Of a stretch of DNA of 64,000 nucleotides, positions 25,127 to 38,897 are shown one piece after another. The DNA is from Podarcis erhardii (Eukaryota): the NCBI GenBank assembly GCA_964252035.1, contig CAXUOO010000110.1. One strand, written 5' to 3'. The position numbers were made by a program, and so were the translations under genes. Positions within the stretch are counted from its first letter, which is position 1. Each line of letters begins with the position of its first letter. The notes beneath the pieces are model-generated. The model did no database searches and had not been told where the DNA came from. It was given only the letters and a program-made list of their open reading frames with translations.

Positions 25127-28100
25127 TTATTTATTTACTTAATCAGTTATCAGTTGAATAATTCTACATGTACAGGCCCCAAAAAAATGACAAACTCAAC
25201 TTGTACTTGTTACGCTTGTGTGTACCGTTGCAGTGTGTCTCTGTCCATGAGTGGGCAGTTGTGTACGAATATCCGGTGTCGTATGCTCTTCGAAATTCTT
25301 CAATCTCGATCTCTCGAAGACTCAGCAAAGAATTGATTCTTTTCTTCTTCTTCTTCTTCTTCTTCTTCTTCTTCTTCTATAAACATCTCTTTATTACACG
25401 CCCGAAGAGCAGCCTCAGCAGCGGCCCGCGAGTATGCGTAAACAGCCAAAAAACAGTTCAGCAGAAGCTGCAAAACCCGCCAAAGCTCCGTTTACAGTGG
25501 CAGCCAATGCACAAGAAAGAGCTGTACAGCAGCGCAACAGAAGCAACGAAGGTAGCAGAAGGAACAAAAATAGCAAAAGCCACGAAAGCAAGAAAGTAGC
25601 AAAAGCAATAAATTCATTAACAGCATCGAAATGGTCAGGGCAATGACAGCAGCAGAAGCAGCACGGGTAGCAAAAGCAGTGACAATGAGAGCATGCTTGC
25701 ACCAATAGCAGAAGTATAAAAAAAATCCCATGCAGCCACACAGGGTGCAGCAGACGCAACAGTATTATCTGTAGTAGCAATAGTAGTAGTAGTAGTTGTT
25801 GTTGTAATCGTATAGATACTAATAGATTTAGTAGTACTAGATGATGAGGTGTTACTAATTGTAGCAGTAGTAATAGTGGTTGCAGGAATAGCTATGTATT
25901 CCTAGTAGTAGAGCCGGTAAGAGAAGGATGGCAGCAACAGCTGTAGCCGTACTCGTGGAGAGAGGTGTGCAGTCACAACAACAGCAGCAACAATGGCGGA
26001 AAGGACGCATGCGAGAGAGGAATACAAAGAGCAATGGGAACTTTTGCAATACGTCTATCACCAGCAGTCAACGTGGGAATCGAATACCATATATAGTTCT
26101 ATATTTCATTGAGAACTGGTTTGTTTCTGCTTGGGGTGGTCTGTACAATATATAATGTGGTTTACGTATTTATGTGATATAGGAATCTGTATCTGCAGCC
26201 ATAGATCGGGGAAAACAACTATGACAACGACGACCTGTAGCAGCAGTATATATGATACTTCGAGTAGTGCCAGCAGCGGCAAACATTGGCAGCGAGGGCC
26301 CATGCACAGCAGTAGCGTTCGCAGAAATCAAGGGAGAATAGAAGCAGCTGCAGCAAGCACAGCGGAAGCTCAAATCATGGCACGAAAAGGAAGGGGGCAT
26401 GCACGTGCACGTGAGCAAGAGCAGAATTAGACTTCGTGAGTAGACTAGTAGTAAAAGAGGCGACGTGCTTTCAAAGTTTAGAATCACTAGCAGAATTCAT
26501 CATTAAGTGTACACCAACCGTTGCAGGGGTAAGGAACGAGCAACGGGGATATTTTTGACTGCAGTAGCACTGAGACAGAGAGAACATAGGGTTAGCACCA
26601 GGAGCTACAGTATGAAGGGTGTATAAGTCACAGGGATAGTATAAAAGAGTACATACACAGCACAGCACAGCACAAAGCGATTGATACATACATGTAAACT
26701 ATACAGCTGTCAAGGTTTTGTTTTGGCGTTTCGTTTGTGTACAATCAGGCGAATTGCTTACGCTCGAGTCGATTTTTTCTACAATGGGGAAGCGCTTGAA
26801 GCCGACACTCAAATTTGTTAGGGGCTTGCTGAACAAACTCACATTTTTCATCGTTGATAAAGGAAGAGACAGATATACTTATATAAAAGAATCTTTAGCA
26901 AGCACTACTTGTACGCCTCCACGTCCCCTAATCGGGGCAGATACAATAGGTAACCCCGTATAAGTTTATGTATATACCCATTCGATATATATTCAAGCCT
27001 AGCATATACGTGACTACTGTAACGTGTTTATCTGTGTGTACATGCAAATACAAGGTTCGATATAACCTAGGCTTTTACGACAGACCACAAACATACGTAA
27101 ATACATATATCTTTATATATATGCACATATAAGTTTCAAGAAAGGAGATGTACTATCTGTAACAAGTCAGCTTTGATTACACTTGAAAAGATCTACATCA
27201 TCTGCTACTTGCAGGCTTCGCAGTATTCCAAAGAAAGAACCAGACAATCACGTATTTTTACATATATACATGTATATGTACAGGTATTTGTAACATTTAC
27301 TGTTTCAATACCTTTTTTTTTTTTATATGTATATATATATATATTATATATATATGCGGTGATGTATTAGGTCCAGAAAGGGTGTGGAAAGGTGAGTTTT
27401 CTGGACCCACCGACATTTGTATGAGCTGCATTCAAGGTCCTGAAGGTATCTAGAGAGTATGTGAATTCTTGGGGCCTTTCAGCGTCTAGCACTTTAGATC
27501 TAGCATGTACTGCGAGACGTTAAAAGGCTCGCGCAAGGCACTAGATGAGCAGCTGCTGAGTTCAGCTGCCGTTCTATCTACACATGCAATTTTCCACACA
27601 TTTTTTATCCCCCCATGCTTTATACAGATAAAAAACCTTGTATGCTGGGTGTAAATACGTCTCATCACACGAATACACACACACACACACACACGCATAC
27701 GCGCATACACTCACACAAGCACATACATACGCGTCTTGCTTTCGATTTGCCTTTCTTTTCCTTCGTATACCAAAAAAACCATTCCATTCATACACATATA
27801 TATTTATATATATAAATATATGAATGCATCTACGATCTCCACATTTAGACGTCTGCTTGATGTGTTTCACGGTGATTTCGCACATTCTTCATGTTTGGTT
27901 GAAAATGAATTCAGCTCTTTCAACATCTGTACTGCATTGCAAGGCAGAGTTGCACACTGTCACGCTTTCGTAGCGTGTATATCTGATACATTATCGCTGC
28001 AGACTCCGGAGATCTTCTTGTAGAGGCAGCAAAGTCGCCTTTAGTTTTGGCCGCTCTGTTTTCCAAAGACTTTCCTTGTGGCCAAGCATTCAACCAGCAG

Positions 28101-28335
28101 CAACAGCAATCTTCTTTTATTTCTCTCTATAATCGAGGAGATGTCGCATTTGAGGAACTTCTAGCTGGAGGAACAGTCCTTTCTCTCTCTTCTCGACTAG
28201 TCTGTCTTTACAGAAAATACGGAGCTTTTCGTGCAAAGGCTCTCATTGTTCTTTCTGTTCAGCGAAAAGCTCCTTTTCTCAATAGGTGGACAACCCTGTG
28301 AACACTGCAGAATGTGACGATGATTCCATTCATCC

Positions 28336-28366
<31 letters not shown>

Positions 28367-28421
28367 GACAAAGATATGTGTTGTACATACTTGCTAAAAC
28401 TGCAATTGCGCACATGTTCCA

Positions 28422-28467
<46 letters not shown>

Positions 28468-29759
28468 TGCATTACATATTGGTATATGTAATGCTTTTTT
28501 GTGCTTAGGCTTCATTATCTTTTATTGTGAGAAATTGAACGCGTGTACAAGTTTTCGGTTTGCGTGCATATCTATCTGTGTGAATATACATGTATATGGA
28601 AAGAATTAAGGCAAAGTTGTTGACTTCTTCTTTTTTTCACAGAGCGCTTCATTTCTTATATACTTGTTTGTATATCTTCGTAGCAACAGGCTGCGGTAGT
28701 TTGATGCGCCTTCATGATTAGACATAACTGAATATATAAGGCTTGACTGCACCCACCCAATCGTGCCTATCAAAGTTGACATAACACCTCATAAACCAGA
28801 AAAAAACTATGTGTTTCAGCGTAAACGGAGAAATAGGTTATCAAGGTTGAGCACTCTAACGTGTACATAAGTGAATAATATAAATGTGAATTTATACACA
28901 TATAACCGACATATATACGTACGGATATGCAGTTTTTCCTTTCTGTTGAAGCTTCGGCATATAAGAAGGAGGTGAAGTCTTTTTGCTGCTTTAGACTTCT
29001 CCTCTTTACATACTCAGTGTATATATATATATATACGTATACATTTTATGTATATGTGTATTAGTAAAGTGTAAGTGTAGAATTCCACACATGAAATATA
29101 TGTCACGTTGGCAGAACGTTGGCATGGTTCAAGAGACCTGGCGCACTTCTTAAAACTTTTCAGCTGTTCGTGCAATTGAATGCTGTACTTTACATAGATA
29201 TATATTATGTGTAGACACGTATACTTTGACATATTTGCGTGCAAAGCTGCCTGCTCGATTTTACCTATTATGAAGTGAAAGACGAAGGAAACACCGTTGC
29301 TTGGCTGCATGCCAACTTATCACTATTAGCATCCTCTTGTATCAAATAGCCAAATTTTCTAGGAGCGTGTGTCTGGTTTTCTGACAAAACTCAAGCTTAC
29401 ACAAGACACGAATATATGGATTGTGCTTACAAGCGCTTATATATGTATATATATATATATATTTATTTATATAAAAAACTCTTTGTGTACGTGTATATTT
29501 TGCTACGATGACTTCAGACTTCGGCAGTTGACTTTCACACGGCTGCTGCAGGCGCTTGCAGTGCCGTTAAAGGGGGAACGTGCAGCGTCTCGTGGGCAAC
29601 CAGCAACGTTTTACTCAAAATTTATTTCAATTGAAAATGACCTTCTTCACACATTGGCTGCTGCTCTCTTATCTACTCGTAAAATGACCAATATTCCCTC
29701 CTTCAGATCGTCTGCTCAAACATATATGTTTATGGCCTCCTTGTCCAGAGCACCTGTTC

Positions 29760-29804
<45 letters not shown>

Positions 29805-29830
29805 TGGACATTTTCTAGATCACCCCTCAG

Positions 29831-29876
<46 letters not shown>

Positions 29877-31049
29877 ATATATATATATGTGAAACGTCTG
29901 GCGGAATTTCAGCTGCTTCAACTCTGCTCTCTATTGCAGTACATATCTAAACATGTACACATAGTTTTAAGCAGACCATTATGTATATTATGCATGCATG
30001 TGTCTCAATCAACATGATGTAGGGGCAAAAACCTGATTCCATACATCCGTTTCCCGGTGGCCGTCCCACCTCTTTTTTGTGTGAAGCGACTTTTTTTCTT
30101 GCTCTGCNNNNNNNNNNNNNNNNNNNNNNNNNNNNNNNNNNNNNNNNNNNNNNNNNNNNNNNNNNNNNNNNNNNNNNNNNNNNNNNNNNNNNNNNNNNNN
30201 NNNNNNNNNNNNNNNNNNNNNNNNNNNNNNNNNNNNNNNNNNNNNNNNNNNNNNNNNNNNNNNTTTCTAGATAGTAAAGAATTCTCAATGTCTGTAAAAA
30301 TATAACTACGCTTCCGTAGCTTTAGTTCTTCAAGATTAGAACTCGCTTTGGAGGTGTCGGCGAATGATTGCAAGCCCTCAAAGCAGACATACATATGCAA
30401 TCAGAAATACTGTTGTTCACGTATACAGTTTGTTTAGAACCATATATATACATCTTTTCATGGATCAAGCGTAGCATTAGAATACTGGCTACTCAAGATC
30501 AGTACCTCACGTATCATGGTTTTTCTGTTACAAACAGACTCTTTTTCTACGTGAAAGAACAAAATTTCCTTCTCTGAACCATAGCGCCTAAATATATACG
30601 TATAAAATTATGTAAATACACATATGTATTGAATGTTCATGTACACGTACGTATTCAATGTGCACCCACATGTCTAACATGCTAGCATATCTCTTTCTTT
30701 ATCTGTCTATTTCCCCGTCTCTATAAGTATATGTATACATTTATATATGTATATATATATACACATATATGTGTATACGCTGTACGTAATTTTATGTCTA
30801 GTAGATACTTGTGCTTGTACTTGAGGGCGAAAAGGTGAAGCAGAAAGAGTCAGAACTTGCAGGTCGACATTTGATTTTTTTATGGACATGTAGCGTTAGG
30901 ATGTGTCAAAGAATATATATGTACGTCTACTTATGTGCATATATATACATATATATATGTATACATATATATATATATATATACTTATATATAAACAGAT
31001 ACCCACAAGCTCTTGGTTTCATTTCCTTTTCAGACACCGTTGTGCGCTC

Positions 31050-31090
<41 letters not shown>

Positions 31091-31449
31091 GTACAAAAAA
31101 AAAAATTTTAGTCTTCACACCCACCTTCACCTATATATATTGGCTCTCCAGAATTCTACGAACATATGTCTGTATATGTAGTGCGTGTGTGGTGTATGCG
31201 TATATAATATTTTCATGCCGGTGGATCTGCTGCAGGAGTACACGCGTGGTGCTTTGAAAGTGAAGAAGAAAAAGATGATATATGCATCAAAGGACTGCGT
31301 CCAACACTGGCCCGGAGTATGCGAAGACTTTTAAGCATCAAAGTTTGTCGCAGGTAACAAACGCAGCAACAGCACAGTCAATATCTCGCTCTCACACATA
31401 CGGACCACACACATACTATAAATCTTTTTCTGGATTACCAGAAATATAC

Positions 31450-31492
<43 letters not shown>

Positions 31493-31517
31493 GCCATGTA
31501 CATATGGTATAGATAGC

Positions 31518-31562
<45 letters not shown>

Positions 31563-31617
31563 ACATATATGTATGTTTAAACTTTACATATAGGTATGAG
31601 TAATCTGATACATACAA

Positions 31618-31658
<41 letters not shown>

Positions 31659-31703
31659 TATATACATATATGCACGTACATAGGGTGGCTTAAGTTATAC
31701 TAC

Positions 31704-31743
<40 letters not shown>

Positions 31744-32143
31744 GTTAGCATATATCGCAACATATTCATTCACGCAGGTGACAGCGCGGAATCTACATAT
31801 TGCAGCCATCGTTAAAGTACATGCGTTGACTCACTCAGTTGAACTGGTAATCACAGTCTACATATGTGCATTACTATCTTGCGTAGTGCATATAAATATA
31901 TGCACGATTTTTACCCTGGGTTTCTGTGTGAAATACCACCAAAGTATTGTACGTATGTAGGCAAATGTATAATATGGTGTAGAAATATGTAGATATAGAT
32001 ATCAATTTGTAGATAAAGGCAGTGAGATTTTTTACTTGTGAGCGAACTGAGGTTCATAAGATTACATGGGAATATACGCATAACCTACTTTAACACAAGT
32101 TTAATATACACGGTTTTACGAGAAAGTATAAAGTTGTACCTGT

Positions 32144-32188
<45 letters not shown>

Positions 32189-34450
32189 CCTATCGCATAG
32201 AATTCGTTTTAGAATAACCCCTGCACATACGTAATCGTCGTAAAGCACGTGTAGTATGCATTGGACTTTGTTCATAACTGGTTATAAATATGTGTCGATC
32301 GATTTGTATATACAAATAGCTATTCAGATATATGGATACGTTCGTGCAAATCCTTCCTGTATATAAATGCGATATATATATATATATACTTTTTAAGTGC
32401 TCATGGTCGTGGACTTCTTTCGGTATAACGGCAGCACGTACCTGTTTTGACTCAGTACGCAATCTACAATTATAGTATGAAGTCTGTCCTCTGCAAGAGT
32501 ATGAATACATGTACAGCTAAAAATGCATGAATCCAACTACATACATACACAGCTAGGTATATATGAACTTGAGAAACTAACCTGTTTGTTTTTTTTTTCC
32601 TACTAGTGAGTCAGCTTTTGAAAGACACCAACACAAGACGCACTGCTCAAAATACTGATCGGGCTCTATTGGCTCTCTTTCTGTTGCACCGTTGCGACTG
32701 TTCAAACATGAACGCAAACAACTAAAGCAATTTTCTAACCATATAAGTATATGCTAAGGTACATAAGAATTTACTTGATTACATTTATGTATACATATAA
32801 ATATATATATATATGTGTATAGCATTTGCGCATATAATCATGTACCAATGTGTATGCAAGAACAAACACGAACGTATACGGGGGGGAGTATCTACATCTT
32901 CATTGTTTACATATATGTTAGGTGTTTTCTTCTATCGGTGATTGTGCATGCAGTGAAGGACTACTTACATTGCTGTTGAGAGCGAGCTGCTGCTGGCTGA
33001 ATTCATTCTCGGCAAATAATAAAGCCGCATGAAACAGTACGGGTGGTAGCTTATATATATGTGATATATATATGTATATATATATATATATCTATATGTA
33101 TCTCGGTAGACTCTGTTTGAAGTGGCTACTTGAAGGCAGTGATATTTGACCATTTTTGGTTTATTCTGGCTGTGATGCCTCATAACTAGAATTACTTCGA
33201 ATCCGCGTATATATGCACATATTGCTGCATATTTGCATAAATGAATAAATAAATAAATAAATATATATATATATATTTCTATGCATATATTTACGTATAT
33301 ACTCATTTAGCATCTACATTTTTATAGACTTGTATAGGTGGACTTTGATATGGTGCCCACGTGGGCAAATACATGTAAGGAAGCATTGCTGGGCCCATTA
33401 TCAAACAACTAACTGTGATGGAGCATGTAGTTCTTCTCAACCTAGCAAACACCAGAAGTATAAGTGTTTCGGATATATGTGTATTCGGTTTTGATCCTAT
33501 AGCGAATTAACAGCAGCTGAAAATTGGGAATTGCCTGAAGCAGACAGTTTATCCAAAGAGTTTTTGGAAGAAAGCGGAAGTTTTTCTTCACACGGCTGTC
33601 GCTATAGAGAACTGCTTTTTCCTCAAAGTTGCTGTGCCAGACAAGGCCAGCTGCCTGGTAAAAAGAGAGACGGTGGGTTGTTTACGCCTAAATTTCCTCT
33701 ACAACTGCATGCGAAACTTTTGTTGGTGGTTATTGTTTGCGTTACTTCAAGGATTTGTGCTTTATCTGTACACGAATAATTTTCACCGACCCACCTAATG
33801 GTAACCACACTGAAGTCTCATCTATATACATATATACATATATATATTGTATATATAGAAATATTTTCTGATATTGTAGCGTAATGAGAACACATCTATT
33901 TGTGCATCATTACATGTACATACGTATATATGTATCTACATAAGAAAAGCAGACACTTGCACACTAGTACGCTAATCTATAAGCCTCACTACCTGTTTGG
34001 AAACATGCGACAGAGTATGTTTCTGCAACAGCTAGACATCATATTCTTGGACGGTCTTTCAATACTATGAATAGCAGACGGATTGCGTGCACGAACCAGC
34101 AGCTTCAGATACAGGTTTAAACCAGGTATATATACATATACTAACATTACAGATGCAATGGAAGGTTAAATCTCATTGTCTGTATTGCTTGCTAACCCTC
34201 TGAGTCCTCATAATTGCAATTTTGTGATATCAGCAAGTACACGGGTTTCATACACTGTGCTGGAAAAGCATGTTTAACGTTTTTTTGTGTTAGCGCATGC
34301 TTTATTCTACCTACATATATTACATGCACATACATATTCGCATTTATGCGCATATTACTTTACATATATATATATATAGATATATATATATATATATAGC
34401 TCAGTTTGTACTGGTATACAAGTGTTCAATTGCATGCATAGACACATATA

Positions 34451-34490
<40 letters not shown>

Positions 34491-35084
34491 CGTATATATA
34501 TACATATAGTATGGATGCATTGCTGTTGCTGCTGCTGCTGCGGCAGTCACGCTGTCAACCCTTTTCCTGCAGCGAAGAATAAGACATATGCATTCTGGCG
34601 CTATTGCATGTTATCAATAAATCCAATTATAATTTGAATAAATATCCAAATTCTGAAAATTTTTCATAAAATGTACGTTGGAGCTGCATTGTTGTATTCA
34701 CACTACTGTGCATGTTGCATCTCGTTTTTGTAAAAGGTGTCTCAGTGTATGTAAGGGACTTTTACACCAAAATAAAATATATCTATGCCTGGACATCGAG
34801 AGTACACAACAAGATACAACAAGCCCATACAGTGTGTATTTGTCTGCGCGACTTTTGCAGGAGATACAAATACGTACATTTATAGCCTCGCAGCCTCACG
34901 ATTGCACAGCATGACGCCTGACTTTTCCAGCGCAGGCTTTCCAGATGAAGTGAGGTTTTTCACGAGTCCGCTGTTAATCTCTCTTATGCATCCTGAGGAT
35001 TTTGAAAAAACGCTTGAAAAGTTTTTCGTGGTCAAAGACATTGAACTCGAAGCTGATTTTCAAATCGCTTCGAAAAAATGCTAA
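24311..35084 (+). CDS. Large multi-exon hypothetical protein with no recognisable domain; first exon frameshifted by a 17-bp duplication
   Basis: Phase-consistent chain: 24311-24895 (after removing one copy of 24634-24650), 26749-26910 ([34 protein letters not shown]...), microexon 27371-27391, 28003-28285, 29518-29678. Further candidate exons at about 31.24-31.35, 31.78, 33.34 and 33.51-33.66 kb, and a terminal exon from about 34.9 kb to 35084 (...[20 protein letters not shown]). The link across the N-gap and 30-33 kb is uncertain, so this could be two genes. Confidence 0.5.
30108..30263. other. Assembly gap (156 N)
   Basis: Run of n in the sequence. Confidence 0.99.
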
Positions 35085-35191
35085 TGACAGGATGACTGAA
35101 TTGTTTTCGTTGTAAACTACCTTTGAAACGTTTAAAACACAATACAGCCAGGTAAAACCTACCTTTTCCTGTATTTGAAACGGTTTAACAA

Positions 35192-35545
35192 TCATATTGT
35201 AATAAAGTATCTAGTAGATCCTTCCCATCTAATATATACAGAAAGCTCTTTGTTTGCCGAAGTTGTCGAAAAAAAGTTATCGATCATTCTGTCATTCATG
35301 ATGGAATTTCCTCTTGCAAGGAAACCTTTCATTTGAAGCTCTGTCATGAATGCGATACAATCGGAAATGGAAAAGTTTTCTATAATGTAGATTAACGCTA
35401 CCGTGCAGCCACATATGAGTGGATTTGGATCAAAATTAGCTTCCAAAATTAGGGCTGTACTTAGAAATGTGGGTGGATGCAAAGCTAGTATTTTCCCGCA
35501 GTATTGGTGCCATTGTCGTAATGAGGGACTCGAAACTTCAGCATT
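35192..35545 (-). CDS. Terminal exon of a hypothetical minus-strand gene; upstream exons unresolved
   Basis: Acceptor ...ggttcag| ends at 35546, followed by 117 open codons of normal complexity (NAEVSSPSLRQWHQYCGKILALHPP...LICGCTVALIYIIENFSISDCIAFM...) to a stop at 35192. Confidence 0.45.
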   Translation of the reverse strand, partial: NAEVSSPSLRQWHQYCGKILALHPPTFLSTALILEANFDPNPLICGCTVALIYIIENFSISDCIAFMTELQMKGFLARGNSIMNDRMIDNFFSTTSANKELSVYIRWEGSTRYFITI

Positions 35546-35698
35546 CTGAACCAGCATGCAGTTAAAAAATCCGCACATATAGTGTGATGAGAGGAGATCC
35601 AGAATCGAAGTGCTTATATCACAACTGGAAGTATATCGCAGCCACATAAGATCGTCACATATGACATTCTACAAGACAAAATTGACAGAACAGGAACA

Positions 35699-35750
<52 letters not shown>

Positions 35751-36318
35751 TTACATATACACGTTTGTACCTATACATTATAAATTTCAGGTATAATTTT
35801 GTAACATTGAATAATGTGGTTTCTCCCACTTGACCTAACAAGTGCGATGTAAATCACTTATTTTATTTTAGTGGTAGAAGGGGAATGTATAAAGATTTTT
35901 GGAACAATATATATCTGTTCTCGACAATGCGGGTTATGTGGAGCGCCTTCCTTCAGCGCTTCAGCAACGCCTAGAGCTTGTGCTGCTGGCATAGGTGCTA
36001 TTGAAGGGCGTGTCTGCTACCGCTGCCGTAGAGTGAACCTCACGATGTGGTAACTGCTAATTCATAAACTTGAGTAAAAGAGCGTTCTTCAAAATTTTCA
36101 CACTTGTTCACCCTGGCTCTCTGTTAAACTTGAATTATGCGCTAACGAGCTTCTTGTTAGTCAGTTTTCAACAACTAGGCTTCATTCTCGCTTGTAAGCT
36201 GGTATACGTTGCGCGGTGTAAATCTCATCTCATGACTGTATGTGCGGCTCTTAAATGCTTTCCGCATCTGTTCAACACGCATGAGTCACAATGCACGTAG
36301 TTTTCTAAGTAAACATAA

Positions 36319-36371
<53 letters not shown>

Positions 36372-36597
36372 GAATTCTCGTTTCGTTCGCCGCGCTCGGT
36401 CACAAGATAAGAAACACACGAGCACAGAATGTAGATGAGAATGAAAGGATATATTGCTACCTGCATGCGTATGGTATATACATATGTATGTATAAATGCA
36501 CAAAATTATTGTTTATCTATTCTGGCATTGTTCTTGAGACAGAAGAAGTGGATTATGAAGAGAGGGTTGAGCTAGTGCAGTATATCTTTACTACGCA

Positions 36598-36632
<35 letters not shown>

Positions 36633-38866
36633 TTTTACTCGAAGTTTATCAATATTCGAGGCTTCATCATTTGAGGCTTATACTTTAAGATTACAATCTG
36701 CAAAAACTTCTCAGAGAATATCGTTAATGCCAAACATTTGATTAGACGCTGGCTGTCTTTTGACATTGAAAAAAAACACCCTTCAATTCCAGGGAGATTT
36801 TACTGTGTAACTAAGATTTTTCCTCATAGAGTTTTGAAGCAACGGAGGTGAGTGCTCTGCTACGCCAGATTATGGCGAGACATGAGAAAATGCGTACACC
36901 ACACTCAGTCTCTCGCTCTTTAACTATGTATGTATTTATATGCATTTATCGATTTAATGGAAAGTGCACAAAAGAGAATAAATGTATAGAAGTCCGGCAG
37001 ATCACACATGCACAAATACATGTAATTTAAGGAGGCATAAGCAGAGGAAAAAGAAACTGAAATAGCTGAGAAATTGGCAAGGGGGTCTGGATTCTAATCT
37101 GCGAAGTATACCAGAGATATTCAAATTATTAGGCTGACCGGTATTTTATGTTAGACAAAGAAATTGACAACACATATGGAACTACGAAATTGGAAAGCTG
37201 CGAAAAGACTGCTATGTTAGTTCGAGTGAGCCAAATACGTTCGACCACACATATAATAGATGAATTTGAAAAGCTGCTGTGTATCTACAAGCATATATAT
37301 ATATATATATATTTATTTCTTTTTTTAGGAAAAAAAAGCTCACCCTTTAAGCTAAGCAGGGCCTACGAATACGTCTGATTCTCAAGCGCCTTTTCGTGCC
37401 GTGCTGACTTATTGGCTTTTCAACCTCATTCCACAATTATCAACCCGCATACACAATAGATGGGCACTTGCATTAAAAAAATGCGAGTTCACAACTTCGG
37501 AGAAATGAGACGGTAAAATAGGAAAAGCGGGCAGCTTGGCTCTCTCTATTTAGCTTTATACATCGTAATCCCGTTCATGTAAACAAGCAAACAGACATCC
37601 AGGTATGCGCCTTAACTAAACACATTGAACTGCAGAGATATAAATATATTTATATGATTAAAATCGTATATGGTTCTGTGCAAGTCTGATCGATTAGACG
37701 GCCACGGAAGGTTAGCTGCACAAGCTGCCTTACCGAGCAGTTTTATGCGGTAAAATTTCACCATAGATTTTTACCTCCGCTTTGTCCACTTTTTTCCTTA
37801 TTTCGAATCTTCTAGGTGGATTGATTTTCAGTTTTATAAAAACACATGGTTGAAAGCGTTGATTTTCTTGTTCATATTCATATCCGCTCGTAATCGTAAA
37901 GTTTTGTCTTTCTGCCTCTATGTGTGTGCTTCACCTCTATTGGGTCTTCTGTACTTTCCAAAATCTTCTTTTTTTCTTCTTTCTCTCGGCTTGGAAGCAC
38001 TTCACACTAGTGCTTTTACACAATTTTTGCCCCAGAGACGCTGACGAGCTTGTTTGTACATCATGGGACCAAGGCCACTATATATATACTTATATACTAA
38101 TTATATATAAATATAAATATACGTTGATATAGGCATATTGCCTTCTGAACTTTTATCTATGTATATGTATCTTTATTTATTTAGATAATCCTCCTTACTT
38201 TTCCTGTTGCGCCCTCGTATCGTATGATGTTCTCTGCTTAAGAATTCCGATTTTAAATTCAGTCTTTCTGTCTGCATCTGTCGCTCAAACGATTATAAGC
38301 TATTTTCAAAATGCTGCAGTTTGGTTATGTGTGAATATAGCCAGAGCCGTCCTATGTACCGTTTAGCACTGCTGCTCTGCTGCTGCAGCTGGTTTTATTG
38401 ACGACTCTTGAAATGACGCCTGCTTCTGCCTTTTTTTTCTGCTTGCGGATTCATTCTGTGTAAAAGTATCTATTGTATCTTATTCAGAACGCATACATTG
38501 TACATATTATCTGGGAGAATCAAAGGGAATGGGAGGAGCACAAAGGTACTGACCTATTCCAAGCACTACGGTCATGATTTTCTCGTGCTGAGGTGATGGT
38601 CGCTGCGGTTGATTACCAATCAGCGCATTTCAATTACTATTTTTGAATATAAATTTATATGTATATATTATATATGTATAATGTATCTGAACCAGTTTTT
38701 ATGCTACATTTCCTCCAAAGTGATCAAGCTTTGCGGAAAACTGGCGTGAATGTGATTGCATTACCGATTCGGTGAAAAGTTACGTCAGATCAGGTCAGGT
38801 GCGGCTGCCGCCACCGCAAATAACCTTTCGTCTATGTCAATCGGTCCTAGCGTGTATATATATATG

Positions 38867-38897
<31 letters not shown>

